48,866 nt of DNA from Chara braunii (Eukaryota > Plantae > Charophyceae): the NCBI GenBank assembly GCA_003427395.1, contig BFEA01000029.1:3148041-3196906 (forward strand), read 5' to 3'. Position numbers and translations under genes: made by a program. The notes beneath the pieces were generated by a model. It saw only the letters and a list, made by a program, of their open reading frames with translations, made no database searches and was not told where the DNA came from. Position 1 is the first letter of the stretch; each line of letters begins with the position of its first letter. This document shows, piece by piece, positions 26,722 to 39,682 of the stretch.

Positions 26722-29700
26722 TAGCTTTCCCATGTGCACTCTTGCCCTCTTTCAACCCTTCCATTCCCATTCTCGGCCCTCCCCCACCCTTCTACCCCAC
26801 TTCCTTCCTCTCCATCTACCTCCCTCCCTCTTCCTCCCCAGCCTCGCCCCCCGCCTCCCCTTTTGTCATCCTTTTCTCCCCCTTCCCCACCAGATCTTCC
26901 TCCAGCCTCCCCTCCATACATCCCCCCTTCACCCCATCCCACCCAGCCCCTTGCAATATTTCCCTGCCCATGACCACCTCACCACGTAAGGGTATGCACG
27001 AAGTTTATGTCAATATCATTAGTCCACTCCTCAATTTCCATACTCCTTGCTATCTACCTAAGCTCTCTTAACTATTCCCCTTGAGCTACAGCATCAACGG
27101 CTACATTTCCTCCCTAATGCAGGCAAGGAACCCATAGCTGCTTACGCTATAGTTGGGACTTGCAAAAACTAGTCCTGCAAGATCTCTAGACATGCTGCTC
27201 GATACCGCATGACAGCACCAATATTCTACAAGCATCCCATGGACACTTAGAAACAGGTGATCGTAGGAAAGCGAGGGAAGTGCAAGCACGAATTTCTGTC
27301 TGCAAGTTAGCTCTACGCCAGTTCGAAACAAGTCCCTGCAAGGATTCCAGCACTCCTGCCGGCCACTAATGCAAAGATGTCCGTTCCTGATCTCTAAGAG
27401 AGATGGCGCATGATAATCAGAAACAGAGCAAGGAAGAGCAACCCCGTAACGAAGCCCTAAGGCAAAACAAAATCTGAAACTGCACAGTCAAAACATATCA
27501 CCTATCAACTAGCATGTATAGGCCACAACAATTGACATGAAGCTTCTGTTGTCCCAGTGTCTGGGAACAGTGGGCTGGTGTCGGGCAACAATCCAGCACT
27601 GGTCCAATACAGTGGAATCAAAGGGCCAAAGTACTATACGACGAAAATGGGTACTGACTTCCCATTACTCAGAAATGGTTCAGTAAGGTGTCAGCATCCT
27701 TAAACCACCACTGGCCCTGAATCTACTTCATCGAACCTACTGGTTTTCCTGAACCTGGAGGACCAAACCTAATCGATCTGAGTCTACAGGGTCACGGGGT
27801 CACAGTATGACAGAGGTGTGCATACTTTTCCGGCCAGGATTTACTTCTGGCAATGCAGTTTGTTTTTGACTTAGTATTTTCCGAAAAAGATCGGCAATCA
27901 ATCTCTTTTGCTTTTCTTAGAAAGGGCGACAGCCTTGAGTTATCATCATGGAGCTGACAGGCCCCTTCTGGGCTGACAGGCCCCTTCTGGGCTCGGACTT
28001 GGGTGCGTATTTCAGCAGTTCATGGGTGTACCAACTGAGCCAGGCCCATTGGTAGATCAGCACCCAATCTATTTCCCTAATTTTCAGATTCTTTAGCCAT
28101 CGCCAAAGGCGGCACACTCAAAATTTTGCACCATGACGGGGTTAATCATCTTTGCAGGTTCAAATGTTTTTCCCTGTCTGAGAAGAACAGCACCCAGCCT
28201 CAAAAAGAAACTACAGGTGACAGCATCCAAACAAGGGTGGTGGAGGGTGGTGGAGGGTGGTGGAGGGTAGGGGAGGGTAGGGGAGGGTGGGGCAGGGTGG
28301 TGGAGGGTAGGGGAGGGTCGTGGAGGGTGATCCTGCTCGCTACATGTTCATCTAGATGCAGGCCACGGACGAAAACCTACACAAATGCAAAGTCCACACC
28401 AACTCCGACCCCGAGACAAGGGAAGGTACAGAATGAGCGGCTGCTATAGTAGATGACAAGAGAACACATTCCTTCTGGCGTATGGAACACATTGAGCTGG
28501 TTAGTCAGGGTTGATAGCCCTTGGTTTATACAATCTCAGCATAAGATCCCAAGCCCTAGGCACATCCAATCCTAGCATAAGATCCCACTACAGCCAAGCA
28601 ATGCACTATTTCCTGTTGAACAGTGCAGGTCCTCTGCAGAATTGGCTGCTGGCATTTAGTCCTCAAGTCCAAGACTGGCCATCTCCAGCCTTTAAACTGT
28701 CCATCTGCAGGCTTACTCCTAACAGTTGGCGCACTAAAAACCCTGACAATGAAGGCGAAGATCCAGCTGTCCACTGCTTGTCATACACAGCTTCAATCAC
28801 CTCTTTCCTGCCTATACAATGCTACTCCGGCAGATTATGGGGGTTCAAATTTGACTTGGGAATGCAGGACCACCGGAAATAGTTTCAAGGAAACATCACA
28901 GGCAGTCTGGTTTCCGGCTGCAAGAATAGCCCATCCAACGTCCAAATAGCGATTCCCAGTTCCATTCTAGACGAGTACACCCAGTAGAGTTGCCAAATGT
29001 TGACCAGATACATCGGCGAGAAAGAAACCTGACAATGCACGCCACAAACCACAGAAACACGTGGCATCTTTTCCACTGCCAACTCCTGGGCCGGTGGCAG
29101 AGTTTCACCGCTCATCTCTATGAGATGGCTATATAGATGATTCATTGTCGTGACAGTGCACCCAGGCAGCCATGATCAGCCACTTGTCTGGTCCGCAGGG
29201 GATAGTCGTGTCTAGCGAAGAAGGCATATGCTATTCCAACAGCACAAAACGTGGAATACGGTCTGGGAAGGGATTCAGGGGAAAGTCTCTCAGCAGGTTG
29301 TGACTGAGGGATCCTCCCAGCATTCACAAAGTTAGGAGCACCAGCAAAAACACTGTGGCTCTCCACAGAGCAATGCATACGCATTGCAGGAGCTCGACAA
29401 TAGCACCCTGAGTCTCTGACTATACTCTATATGAGCCTTGTAATGTCCAACTCGCAGTGAGTACAAAACAGTCAGATTTTGTCTTTGATGCTGAAAAAAA
29501 TACCCCTTTGTCGAGGAATTTCGTTTGTCCATGTTATTCGCTAAATTTGGTTTTGCTTTTAGCTACTTGCTACCTTTTTCAAGGCAGACCGGACTTGATC
29601 TTCTACTACAAATTGAGTTTGTTTCATATGCCCCTCTGTGTAGGCCCAAGGCCACGGCTCTTGCCCGGTTTCACTATAATAATATGACACTACACACAAA

Positions 29701-32700
29701 CAAAGGTATCTATCGTACGTATATACTCATATAAGCCATTGGTCTTTCTTTTATAAGGCACTTCAACATATCAGCAAGCAGTCAAACCTCATCTGCATAG
29801 GCCATTTTTTGGCTCTCATAAAGAGGGCACGCAAGGCAAGGACAGGACCTGCATTATGTCAATGCGTTGATTTTTGAGGTAATTGAAAAGCTCCTCATGG
29901 ACACTGCCCGTGACATCTGCAACACGCCTGACACAGCCCACAAGGTAGTGAAGGACATCCTCACCAAATAGAAGAGCCACCCTACATCCACCTTTCATTA
30001 CAAACAATCAATGCCCCCCCCCCCAAACACAGGCTATGGATTATGTAGGAAATTGTCCACATCAGAGAATGCATTATGCGTGGCATACTCCCTAAGTAGT
30101 AGCATCCATTGATGCAACTGATTGCGTCCGAAAGGTGCAGGTCAGCGCGGACTGTCTTCATATGTTACTGACGACATCTTGCCTCAGTGGCAGGCCCAAG
30201 TTTTCTGGTTGGCCGCAAGGACATCTCAGATACCTTTCGTAGAAGACTTACGAGATGCTGCCGACGGATCAATTTTCAAAATGGCTTCGGTCAATAGCAC
30301 TTTATTGATACCTCACCTGTGACTACCAGGAGACTGTCTATTTACTGTATAGGGTTTTCCTGGTTGGCTTTCTTGCAGTGCTAAGCCCGACTCAGGTTGA
30401 CCCCAATTACATCCACAGAAAACTGGAACAGGTTCAGGAGGCAAGGTTGCAAAAGCGCTACTGGTTCAAGCAGTGCTCGGTAGAAAAGAGGTTGGCAAGA
30501 ATGCCCCACTGGAACAAGACTTTGGAATAAGGAATACGACCGGACATGCACAAGGAATGCTGAACCAACCCGACAGAACCGCATAGGCAACAAAACTCAA
30601 AACAGCAGAGACATCCTGTGGCAAGCTTGATGAGGAGCACAGAACAACCCGAAGAAGCAGTTGAAGCAGACGCTCTACTACGAGAGAAGCTCTGCAAGTT
30701 ATTCCGATGCATGTGCAACTCGCACCTTACAACACAGCTGTAAGGGAAGGGTTATACAGATCCACAGAATGACACTGCTAATGTACAAAGGGACTTCTAG
30801 AAGTCGAGTCCTCACAGCTTACAACCCATCTGTAAGGGGAGGGATATACAGAGTTTTGACCACACCGTCATGGGCAGAAAAGTAGCCGAGAGGGATACAC
30901 AATGCTCAACTGTTTGTCCCAAGGTCGTGCTGCAGTGAGAAAGACTGTTACAAAACCAATCTTCCCGAAGAATTGTCATCACAGCAGCAAATGCCAGAAC
31001 TGCACTAACCTCACATCCCGCTTGTGAGACACCGCCACACCCACCAACACCTCTTGCAGGTGAGGCACCTGCAACCCGAACAGCCATTACAGTTCACATG
31101 GAAGCCTAGCCTCTGTCACCATAAAGAGGAAGGCATGCTTCCACATGAGGGTACGGCAGCAAAGGAACGTGCCGCTTCAAGCAATGCAAGAAGGTCACAA
31201 CTGCAGCAAACAAAGAGAAGTTTGCTCTGCTAGTTGGTTTGAGAAACTGCTTCCGCTGCACATACCTCTCCGTTGGAATATGTGACCGAGTATCTTAACA
31301 CTTTTAACAACCGCCTAGTAAGACAAGGTCAACATCAACGACTCTTTGCCGTTCGCAAGGTTCCAGGCATATTATTTTATTATTATATACACTAAAACAG
31401 ATACAAAGCATCTGAAAAAAACACTGAGTGCCATCATCAACTGAAAAACAGTCCGGTTCGGAAACACAATCGAGACGAGAATAGAAAATTGGAATGATAC
31501 ACAGACGATTAGCATGGCCCCTGCGGAGCATAAATCGAGGAATGGTCGAAATTCAAAAAAAAAAAAAAACATTGAAAAAACAAAAAAAACTAATAGAATG
31601 AATGCTGGGAACCACGAGTTAGAACCACAATCAGCTATACCTGTAACGGTCCCAGTGGACACAGTGACTGCACTGATTCCTGCAAATCAGATACAGGTAG
31701 AAATGCAGTCGCATGCGCTCATACTAAGGCACTAACATCCAGATCGCCTGCCAAGCATGGGACAGAAAACCCGGGTCGTCTGTGCTGAAGAGATTTACGT
31801 TGTAGTAACAGTTGTGAGACTCTTGAGAGGGAAAAAGGGGGAAAGAAAATTGAGGCTGAAGCCTGCAGGTCCCCAAGCTGCACCCAAAGCCACTCCAAAT
31901 AATCAGAATACATTTCACCTCTTAAAGACAAAGCCCTACCAGTTGTAAACTACAGGCCATCCTTCAGACAAAGATTGATATCAACTTTGCTACGGTTACC
32001 ACAACACTGTAACGCAGCAACATTTTGGAGGACGTCCAAACCAGCAGTACAAAGTGCAAAATCGCCCCATGGGGCCCATGCATCAATTTCATACACACAC
32101 ACTTCAGTTTAAGCATACGGACATTCAACATTTTGGCTGGCTCTGGAGACGAAAAGGCTGCGGAACGGCATGAACATCCTCTCAACCATATGGCAGTGCC
32201 AAAGTTTCTCAAGCTATTAAAAAAAAAACTCACCGTGACAGAGGAGCAGGCGGAGCCAGTGCAGCTGGAGCTGATTCTTCTACATCCCAATCGTACAGCT
32301 GATCATGCTGCCCATAGAATGCCAGTAAGAAGGATGGGTGGTAAGTAGCTAAATCAGTTCGACCTTCATGCCAGAGACAACTCAGACAAGTCAGAGAAGG
32401 TGAAAGCTTGAACACTCACATTCCTGCCAGTGAAAGTGGATGACAAGGCAAGTGATGCTCCACATCCATCATCATACTAACAGAAAGCGAACTGCAGCAT
32501 CCTTCAACATTCAGCTGCATGGAAAGCATACTGCTATCACCGCCCCCCATACAACCAGAATACGACACCCATGGGCACCTCCCTTCCACCCATCCCCAAG
32601 CGCTGAACGCACAATGTGATATCCCCTGACACTTCCCCTCCCTCCCTTCATGTGCAGAAGGCGTATAACTTGATACCCCTAAAGACTCCATGTCTCTCCC

Positions 32701-35700
32701 CAGGCACAGGGAACATAACGCAGTTCAATGGGCATGGTCCTAGGGATTATCCCAGTTCAATGGTCTGAGCTCTTGTGCCGTAAGCCAGAAAGAAAGAAGC
32801 CAGTAGCATGAGATCTTTAACATTACCAGCTAATTTAAGCCTGCATCGATGTTTGCCACGCTTATTTCGCACATATATTCCAACGAGTTACGAGTTCATG
32901 AATGTCAACACTATCATTGAGCTAGATCACATATCAAAGCAAGGAGGGGGTGGGAACCCATAATAGGTTTTCAGTGCAACTTTTCAGATGACTGTTATGG
33001 TGGCTACCTTACCGTGTACCCAAGGCGATTGTGCAGATTTTCCAGAAGCTGCAACAGATAGTTATAGTCGGGTTCGTCGTGAAACTCGAGCGCACGAAGA
33101 TACCTTGCAAATGACTGGAACGCAAAAAACATTGGCACAGTAAGTAATTGCTCCTTCTAAGTGCAGTCCTTGACTAACATTGGCATCTTCTAAATTCCAG
33201 CTTTCCTAGCATAATTGATACTATTTGTACTGTTTCCAAGAATATTGGGCAAGTTATGCCAACTAGCTCAATCAGTTGTCAACTAAATTAGTGTCAAGAG
33301 CTTAAATGTTTGGAAGCACCATTGATTGCAAAAGAGGTAAACACCAAAGGTAGGAACATAGCAAAATGAGGTTCCATCCACACTCACGGGTTACGAGATG
33401 AAGCACCACATTATCCATCGTCAGTCCTGCTGAAGCACTTCATGAAATTACAATCAATTTGCGCCGATTAGATGTCACACAGAGAAACCTAAACCAGGGA
33501 GGCAACATGAGTAACAGGAAAGGCATATATCCACACGACGAATCCACCTGACAAGGCTGAAAGCACTGTAGCAACAACGTTGTACATGGCAGCTGAGAGT
33601 AACGTACCAAAAGCTCCTCTGGCAGTTCAATAGTCTTCGTCAGCAGGTGAGGATTCTTGTTAAAATGAGCTTTCAAGCCACGGACTTTGTCCTGCACAGC
33701 ACAGGAATAGACACAGACGATTGGGATCGTTGCCCGACCTCAGAAACCCACCAGAGGAAATGCTTGCTCTAAGGTTCCACTCCCTCACAGAAACATTCTC
33801 ACCACAATGCAGCAATGCCAGGCATCAAGCAGAGAATGCATCATCATGCTCGCTAGGCATGTTCCGACTCCATCACACGTGTGTGGAGACACCAAGTGCT
33901 TGCCCCTTCTGTCACCTGGAGCCCTGCTGAATGCATGAAGGGTTGTGCAGAGTTGTCGGACCCTGCACAAGTACATCCGATGCGTTGCAATAACATGGGA
34001 TGCTGATTGAGATGCCTTGCTGTCCATTGGTCACTGCAAATGTCATTGTCAGTCCACTCATATCATTGTCAGACATTCCAGTTTCCGCTAATGCTGCATC
34101 TCTGATTCATCCTTGGGGCAAGTTGACGCTGAAGAACATGCAAGGGCGTTATGATTGGCACAAGATTCAATCACTTCCCATCACTTCAAACTCTTGTGCA
34201 ACCCAGAGATTGAACCCACGCTCTCAATTGCAGCTCTGAAAAACGGTTTTCGGCACACATACAACTCGTTATCACTTGAGGAAAACTTTCCAAAAGAGAA
34301 GAGATGGAGACATGACCGATTTGCACAAAAATCTCCGGAAAAAGCCCTCAATTTCCCTTACTCAATCCACCAAGGTACCGGACACACAGTCCACAATCTC
34401 CCGGTCTACATGCCTACTATATCAAACGTTCTGCCCTCCTGTCTGCATGGTTTCCGGCGAAGCCGGCCTCCCTACTCGATGCTGCCAGCTCAAACTGAAC
34501 TGCCAAACCAACATCAACAATATTTTTTATCATGTTGTCTAGGAACGTTTTTGGGACCGAGTCACCACAATGCGACCAACACACTAGCCACCAGAAACAC
34601 CACACAGGTTCAAATCCTGACGTCCAACCAACAAAAACCCAAAACACGCGCAAGCGGCACACCAGAGATCGAATCCCGGCTGCTTCACTCAAGCTGCAAC
34701 AACAAACAAGAAACTCGGGATCAAACCCCGGTGATCCAAGCAGAGGGCCTCCTCATTTTCACAGTAGCAATCCCAATCGGCCCAGATTTTGCAGTCCTCC
34801 ACTACCCGGCACCAATGCTGGACTTTGTCCAGCTCAACAGGTCAGCTCCGGATGTAGTGGTGGTTTAAGGCACCTGGATAGCACTGCTGCTGGGCCATAG
34901 TCTCATGCCGCCTATCCACCATCCAAACGTCGGCGAGCACCCAAGCACAGAGGTATTCTGGGCATTGTTTTTGGAAATCCAGGTCACCAGGCTGCTTGCG
35001 TCTATAGACTTCTGTACCATACTCACGGAGTGACGAGCCAGCTCTACCCAAAACCCACCCCCGGGCACGTGTGGGTGCCAAAGGGTGGGTCCACGTCAGT
35101 ACCAGTTTCCCTGTCACATCAATAGGTACACCCATTCTACACAAGCACCCTCCCATGTGGCCAGGCAGTGACTGGTGACCGCGCGCTACCGTGGTTACGT
35201 GGCACCATATTTCAATTATTTTGGGAGTCCAAAAAAAAGCAATCCAAGCATCCAATGACAATGCCAACCAGTCTTTCAATAAATCCACGAGTAATATTTT
35301 GATATTCTTTCGAGTCAGCAGCTCATCATCTTGTGCATTTACCTTATCTGATGAAGTTGACCTCCAAGGTAGATCACCTTCTAGAAACTCAACGAGTACA
35401 TATAGTAATGACCACAAGTCATCTCGCCGTCCGAGGTCCTGAAAGGGGTAAGAACGTATCCAACAGTTAAAATAAGCTATTCAGTAACAGGCTTAAGTAA
35501 CAGGCAGGCAGGCATCGACCATCCCAAAAATGCATTTTAATCATCGAAGCTTCTGCTATTCAGGTTAACAAAAGGCGTGAACTGGGCAATAGAAGGGAAT
35601 GCTGCCACCACCTTCTCCCACTCTGTTTGTCTGGACCAGGTTCAGAACCTATGTTGGGTATGCTACTATACTCTTTTGCGACTCCCGTTCTTTATCATTC

Positions 35701-36629
35701 AGTCGTTGCTGCAGATGTAAGAATACGGACCAGAGGTCTTCTGTCGCCGTGAAATATGCAACAGCAATTCCAAGCAAGGCTGAATTTCCGGTCCCACCGG
35801 GGCCCCCTTCCCCAACCGGAACCGGGCCGGTGGTACCGGCCGGTGGAGAGCGCCGGTTCCCCCCTGGTGGAAATTTGCGCACTTCGACGGGGGGGGGGGG
35901 GCGTTTCAAATTTTTTTAGGGCCGGTAGGCCTCCATGCGGGTCGTGGAGGCCTCCCGGCCCCGAAAAAAAAACAAACCGGGTCCTGTTGGCCCGCCAGAA
36001 TGCTCAAAAACTGGCGGCCTATCTGGGCCGTCGATCTAGTCAGATCTGCGGCCCAGATAGGCCGCCAGTTTTTGAACATTCGGGCGGGAAACCGTCCGGA
36101 GTTCTTGGAGGCGAACAACGATCCCCAAGCACAGGCCCAACCTCCCCGCCTCCTGCCTCTGCTTTCGAACAACCATCCCCAAGACCCGTCACTTCGACAC
36201 TTCGTCGAAAGTGAGCGAGGTCGAGAATGCGTCGCCCTCCCCCAAGTCCATCTGCAAGCCGTCAGCCCCCCCACGTCAACCCCCCCCACGTCAGCCCCCC
36301 CCACGTCCGCCCCGGCCAAGGATCGACATCGCCCCGGCCCGCCGTCCATTGGTAACGGTGAGTCTGTCTGTTTCTTCTTCTTCGTACTACCTCCTTCTTC
36401 TTCTTCTTCTATTCTTCTTCTTCTATTCTTCTTCTTCTATTCTTCTTCTTCTATTCTTCTTCGTCTTACTATCTCCTTCTTCTTCTTCTTCTTCTTCTTC
36501 TTCTTCTTCTTCTTCTTCTTCTGGCAGAGCCGAAGTCCGAAGTTTGCGAAGTAGAGAGAGAGAGAGAGAAGTAGTGGGCGCGCGTGGAGGAGGGTAGTGG
36601 GCGCGCGCGGAGGGTAGCGGGCGCACGCG

Positions 36630-36713
<84 letters not shown>

Positions 36714-39611
36714 GAGAGAGGGGGAGGGGGGCAGTGGACGTGCGGGGAGGAGGGTGGTGGGTGTGCGCCCACCATCAACCCGTGAATTTCGACCCCCCCC
36801 CCAACCCCAGGAATTTTTTTTTTGCAGATCAGTGATCACTGTTTTCTCTGCGGATTCGGGGAGATCTCGACAAGCCCAGTCCAACCCCATCATCAGAAAA
36901 AAAAAATAAAAAAAAATTGACCCGGTTTTGGCCCCAACCGGATTTCTGGTTGGACCACCGGGGTTCCAACCGGCCCAGTTGGGTCCGGTCAGGTCCAACC
37001 GGCCGGTGGCCAGTGCAGCCCTGATATGTACCCAGTTGTTGTGATTCGGGAGATGAAGCGGTAGGCTCCAGCATGGAGAGGTTGTGATATAGGAATTCCC
37101 CAGTCGCCCGGTTTCCACGAGAAGTCTTCCTTTTATAAGGTGCTCCATTGGGTAGGAATGCTACGTTGGATTTGTGTTAGGTTGGTGGCCAGCGAGTGGC
37201 ATCCTTTTAGTCTGGTGCGCAGTTCTCGTTCGCTGATCCAGTCGTTCTTCTCTTGTGACCAAATTTGCTTTATTTGCCACACCCCTTTCTCCACCCAGGA
37301 TAACCATGGCCCGTAGGGACCAGGGCAAGCCGTCCGGATCCTTGATCCAGGGGTTGCAAAAGAGAGGTTGCCTCAAGGCCTCTTCTTTGTTTGCTGGTGC
37401 GCCGTGTTTGCTTGGCATCATGTGCCGCCAGGCTTTTAAGGTGGGGGTCAGAATTCATTTTCGGCCTGGTAGTTTTGGCTTCTTCTGGATCTCTGGCTCA
37501 GCTGGATGCCGGATGATATGGCCGGATTCGGCATGCTGCCAAGGTAACATGTAGTCTGCTACTATGCGATCATTACCCTACAGCTAACCAAAGTGGCACA
37601 TCCAAGGCAGATCGAGTTCCCCCCGCTGGAAAAAGTGACAAGTACCTGCTGGAAAATGTGACAAGTCCTTCTCCAAGGCACATGCTCGGATAACTTGCTC
37701 ATACTTCTGCGGATCCATCGACTTCCCGAATAAAATGTTGTCCTGAATAGTCGCATTCTGCAGCGGAAAAGATGCAGACTCCCCATGACCACATGAAAGG
37801 AGAGGAGGAAGCATAAATAATTTAGGGTTAAGTACGTTCATGTCACCTTTGAGTATCAAATGGGCAAAACAAACACGCATCGGCAAAGAAAACAGCACTG
37901 AGTTCGGAAAGGCAATGGAAGTACCAACGGCTGTGGTGTCAGACCGAGTGCCGTATTTATAGGGGTCGGCTGTGGTGTCAGAGGGGGAAAACAAAAATAA
38001 AAAAAATGCCCAACGGATACTTTTGGACGAAAATCGCACGTGTTTTTTTTGCCGACACATGTTTTTTTTGCGTTTATGGTTTCAAGATATGCTGCGTCCG
38101 CCGTTATTTCAATAATTTAACAACTTAATAAGCACGAGGAGAACACAAAGACTTGGCAAAACAGACGGAACAAAAACATATTTGCAATCTGAACATATGG
38201 ACACTGTCTGAATACATGTCTCATATGGGATTTTTAAATTCTCAGTAAGAGCGAAGTCAAAGTCATTGAGAGAGAGAGAGAGCTTACCTGACTTATCGCC
38301 TGGTGATTGCTTGCTGGAGAGACAGTACCTTGCTTCTGAGGTCAGCCTCTATAGCGCCAGTTGACATTGCCGATGGAGAGCTGGCAGATGCATTGGCAAG
38401 TTGCTGCTGAAAGGAACATCGACTTCATCATCTGTAAAGGGCTAGGTTGGAACACTGCGGCAGCGAGCAGAAAGGAAGAAGCCTGGAGGAGGGTGGAAGA
38501 GCTTGAAAACTGTATTCAATGATTATTATTACAAGCTCTCCTCCGCTGCAATTCTTCTGTGTCTTTGCCTAAGTTCTAGCCTACTTACTTGCGTTGGTGA
38601 GGTGAGCAGAGAGGAAGAAGCCTGGAGTTTCAAGGAGGATGGAAGAGCCATGAAAATTGTATTCCCTGATTATTATTAAAAGCTCTCCTCCCGGTCAACC
38701 AATGGCTTCACAAAAGAAGGAAACACTCAGACCCGAACAGCTCGGAAATCTGCGCGATGTGCAACAAAAACACGCCAGAAGATATCCCACACTGCCTACT
38801 CTTCTGTTCCGAAGCGACCTGCTACCGGAACAAAGTTCAGAAACTATGGTCTACCTCTTCTCAGCCCCACCCCCCAACACTTCCCCCCTAACCATTCTAC
38901 TCCTCCCGAACACTCCCGGGCACCTCAAGAGCAGCAGGGGTGTCTGGTTCCAGCTACTCAGAAAGCTAACTCTCTGGACCATATGGAAACGACGATGCAC
39001 ACAAACAATGGAGGGAGCAGAGCTGGCAAAGGAAGAAATGTGGACTCTTTTGATACTCATGGTGGAGACCGAAATCCGGAGCAGATGGCGGACGATATCC
39101 TCATCAGCGAAACACAGACCAGATAAGCATGCAGCTTAGAGACGAGCATTCCGAGAGGACTGGCTAATAAAGGGCAAGGTGGCCACCATAACGGACAACA
39201 GACTGATATGGAAGAAGTGGTATCAAGGGTAACGGAAAAGCGACAACCGAACTTGGGAGCCCAAGACCGAAGATCAGTACGACAAACACAGGAACAAGCA
39301 GGGCGATAAACAGGGCGTGAGAAAGCCAAACGTGCACGAACGTCAGCAAAACCTCTCGACTTCTCTAGTTAGGTAGAGGAATATCTGGCAGGCCTATACA
39401 GCAGCCTGAGAGGAACGAGTTGAGAGTGCATGGGTCCTGGGGACCATCTCACGCAAGTGTGTACATGCCATGCATCGTACTCCCACACACAATGAACAGT
39501 AGTCTGACAATAGACAAAGATAGAGAAGATGAGGACCGAGTTTCACAGTTTATATTATCAGAAATATGAATACAAAGTGTTTCAAAGTTCCCCTGAGTCC
39601 AGCGCTCATCN

Positions 39612-39682
<71 letters not shown>

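Noticed and set aside
32420-32514. Alternative phase 0-2 exon candidate (LNVEGCCSSLSVSMMMDVEHH...)
   Set aside because: 32234-32307 fits the same phases and supplies the conserved YDW motif; this candidate has no protein-like support
27700-34868. One 7-kb transposon defined by inward-facing TTAAACCACCA ends
   Set aside because: It would enclose three essential kinase exons, and similarity is limited to ~13 bp; more likely remnants of separate insertions
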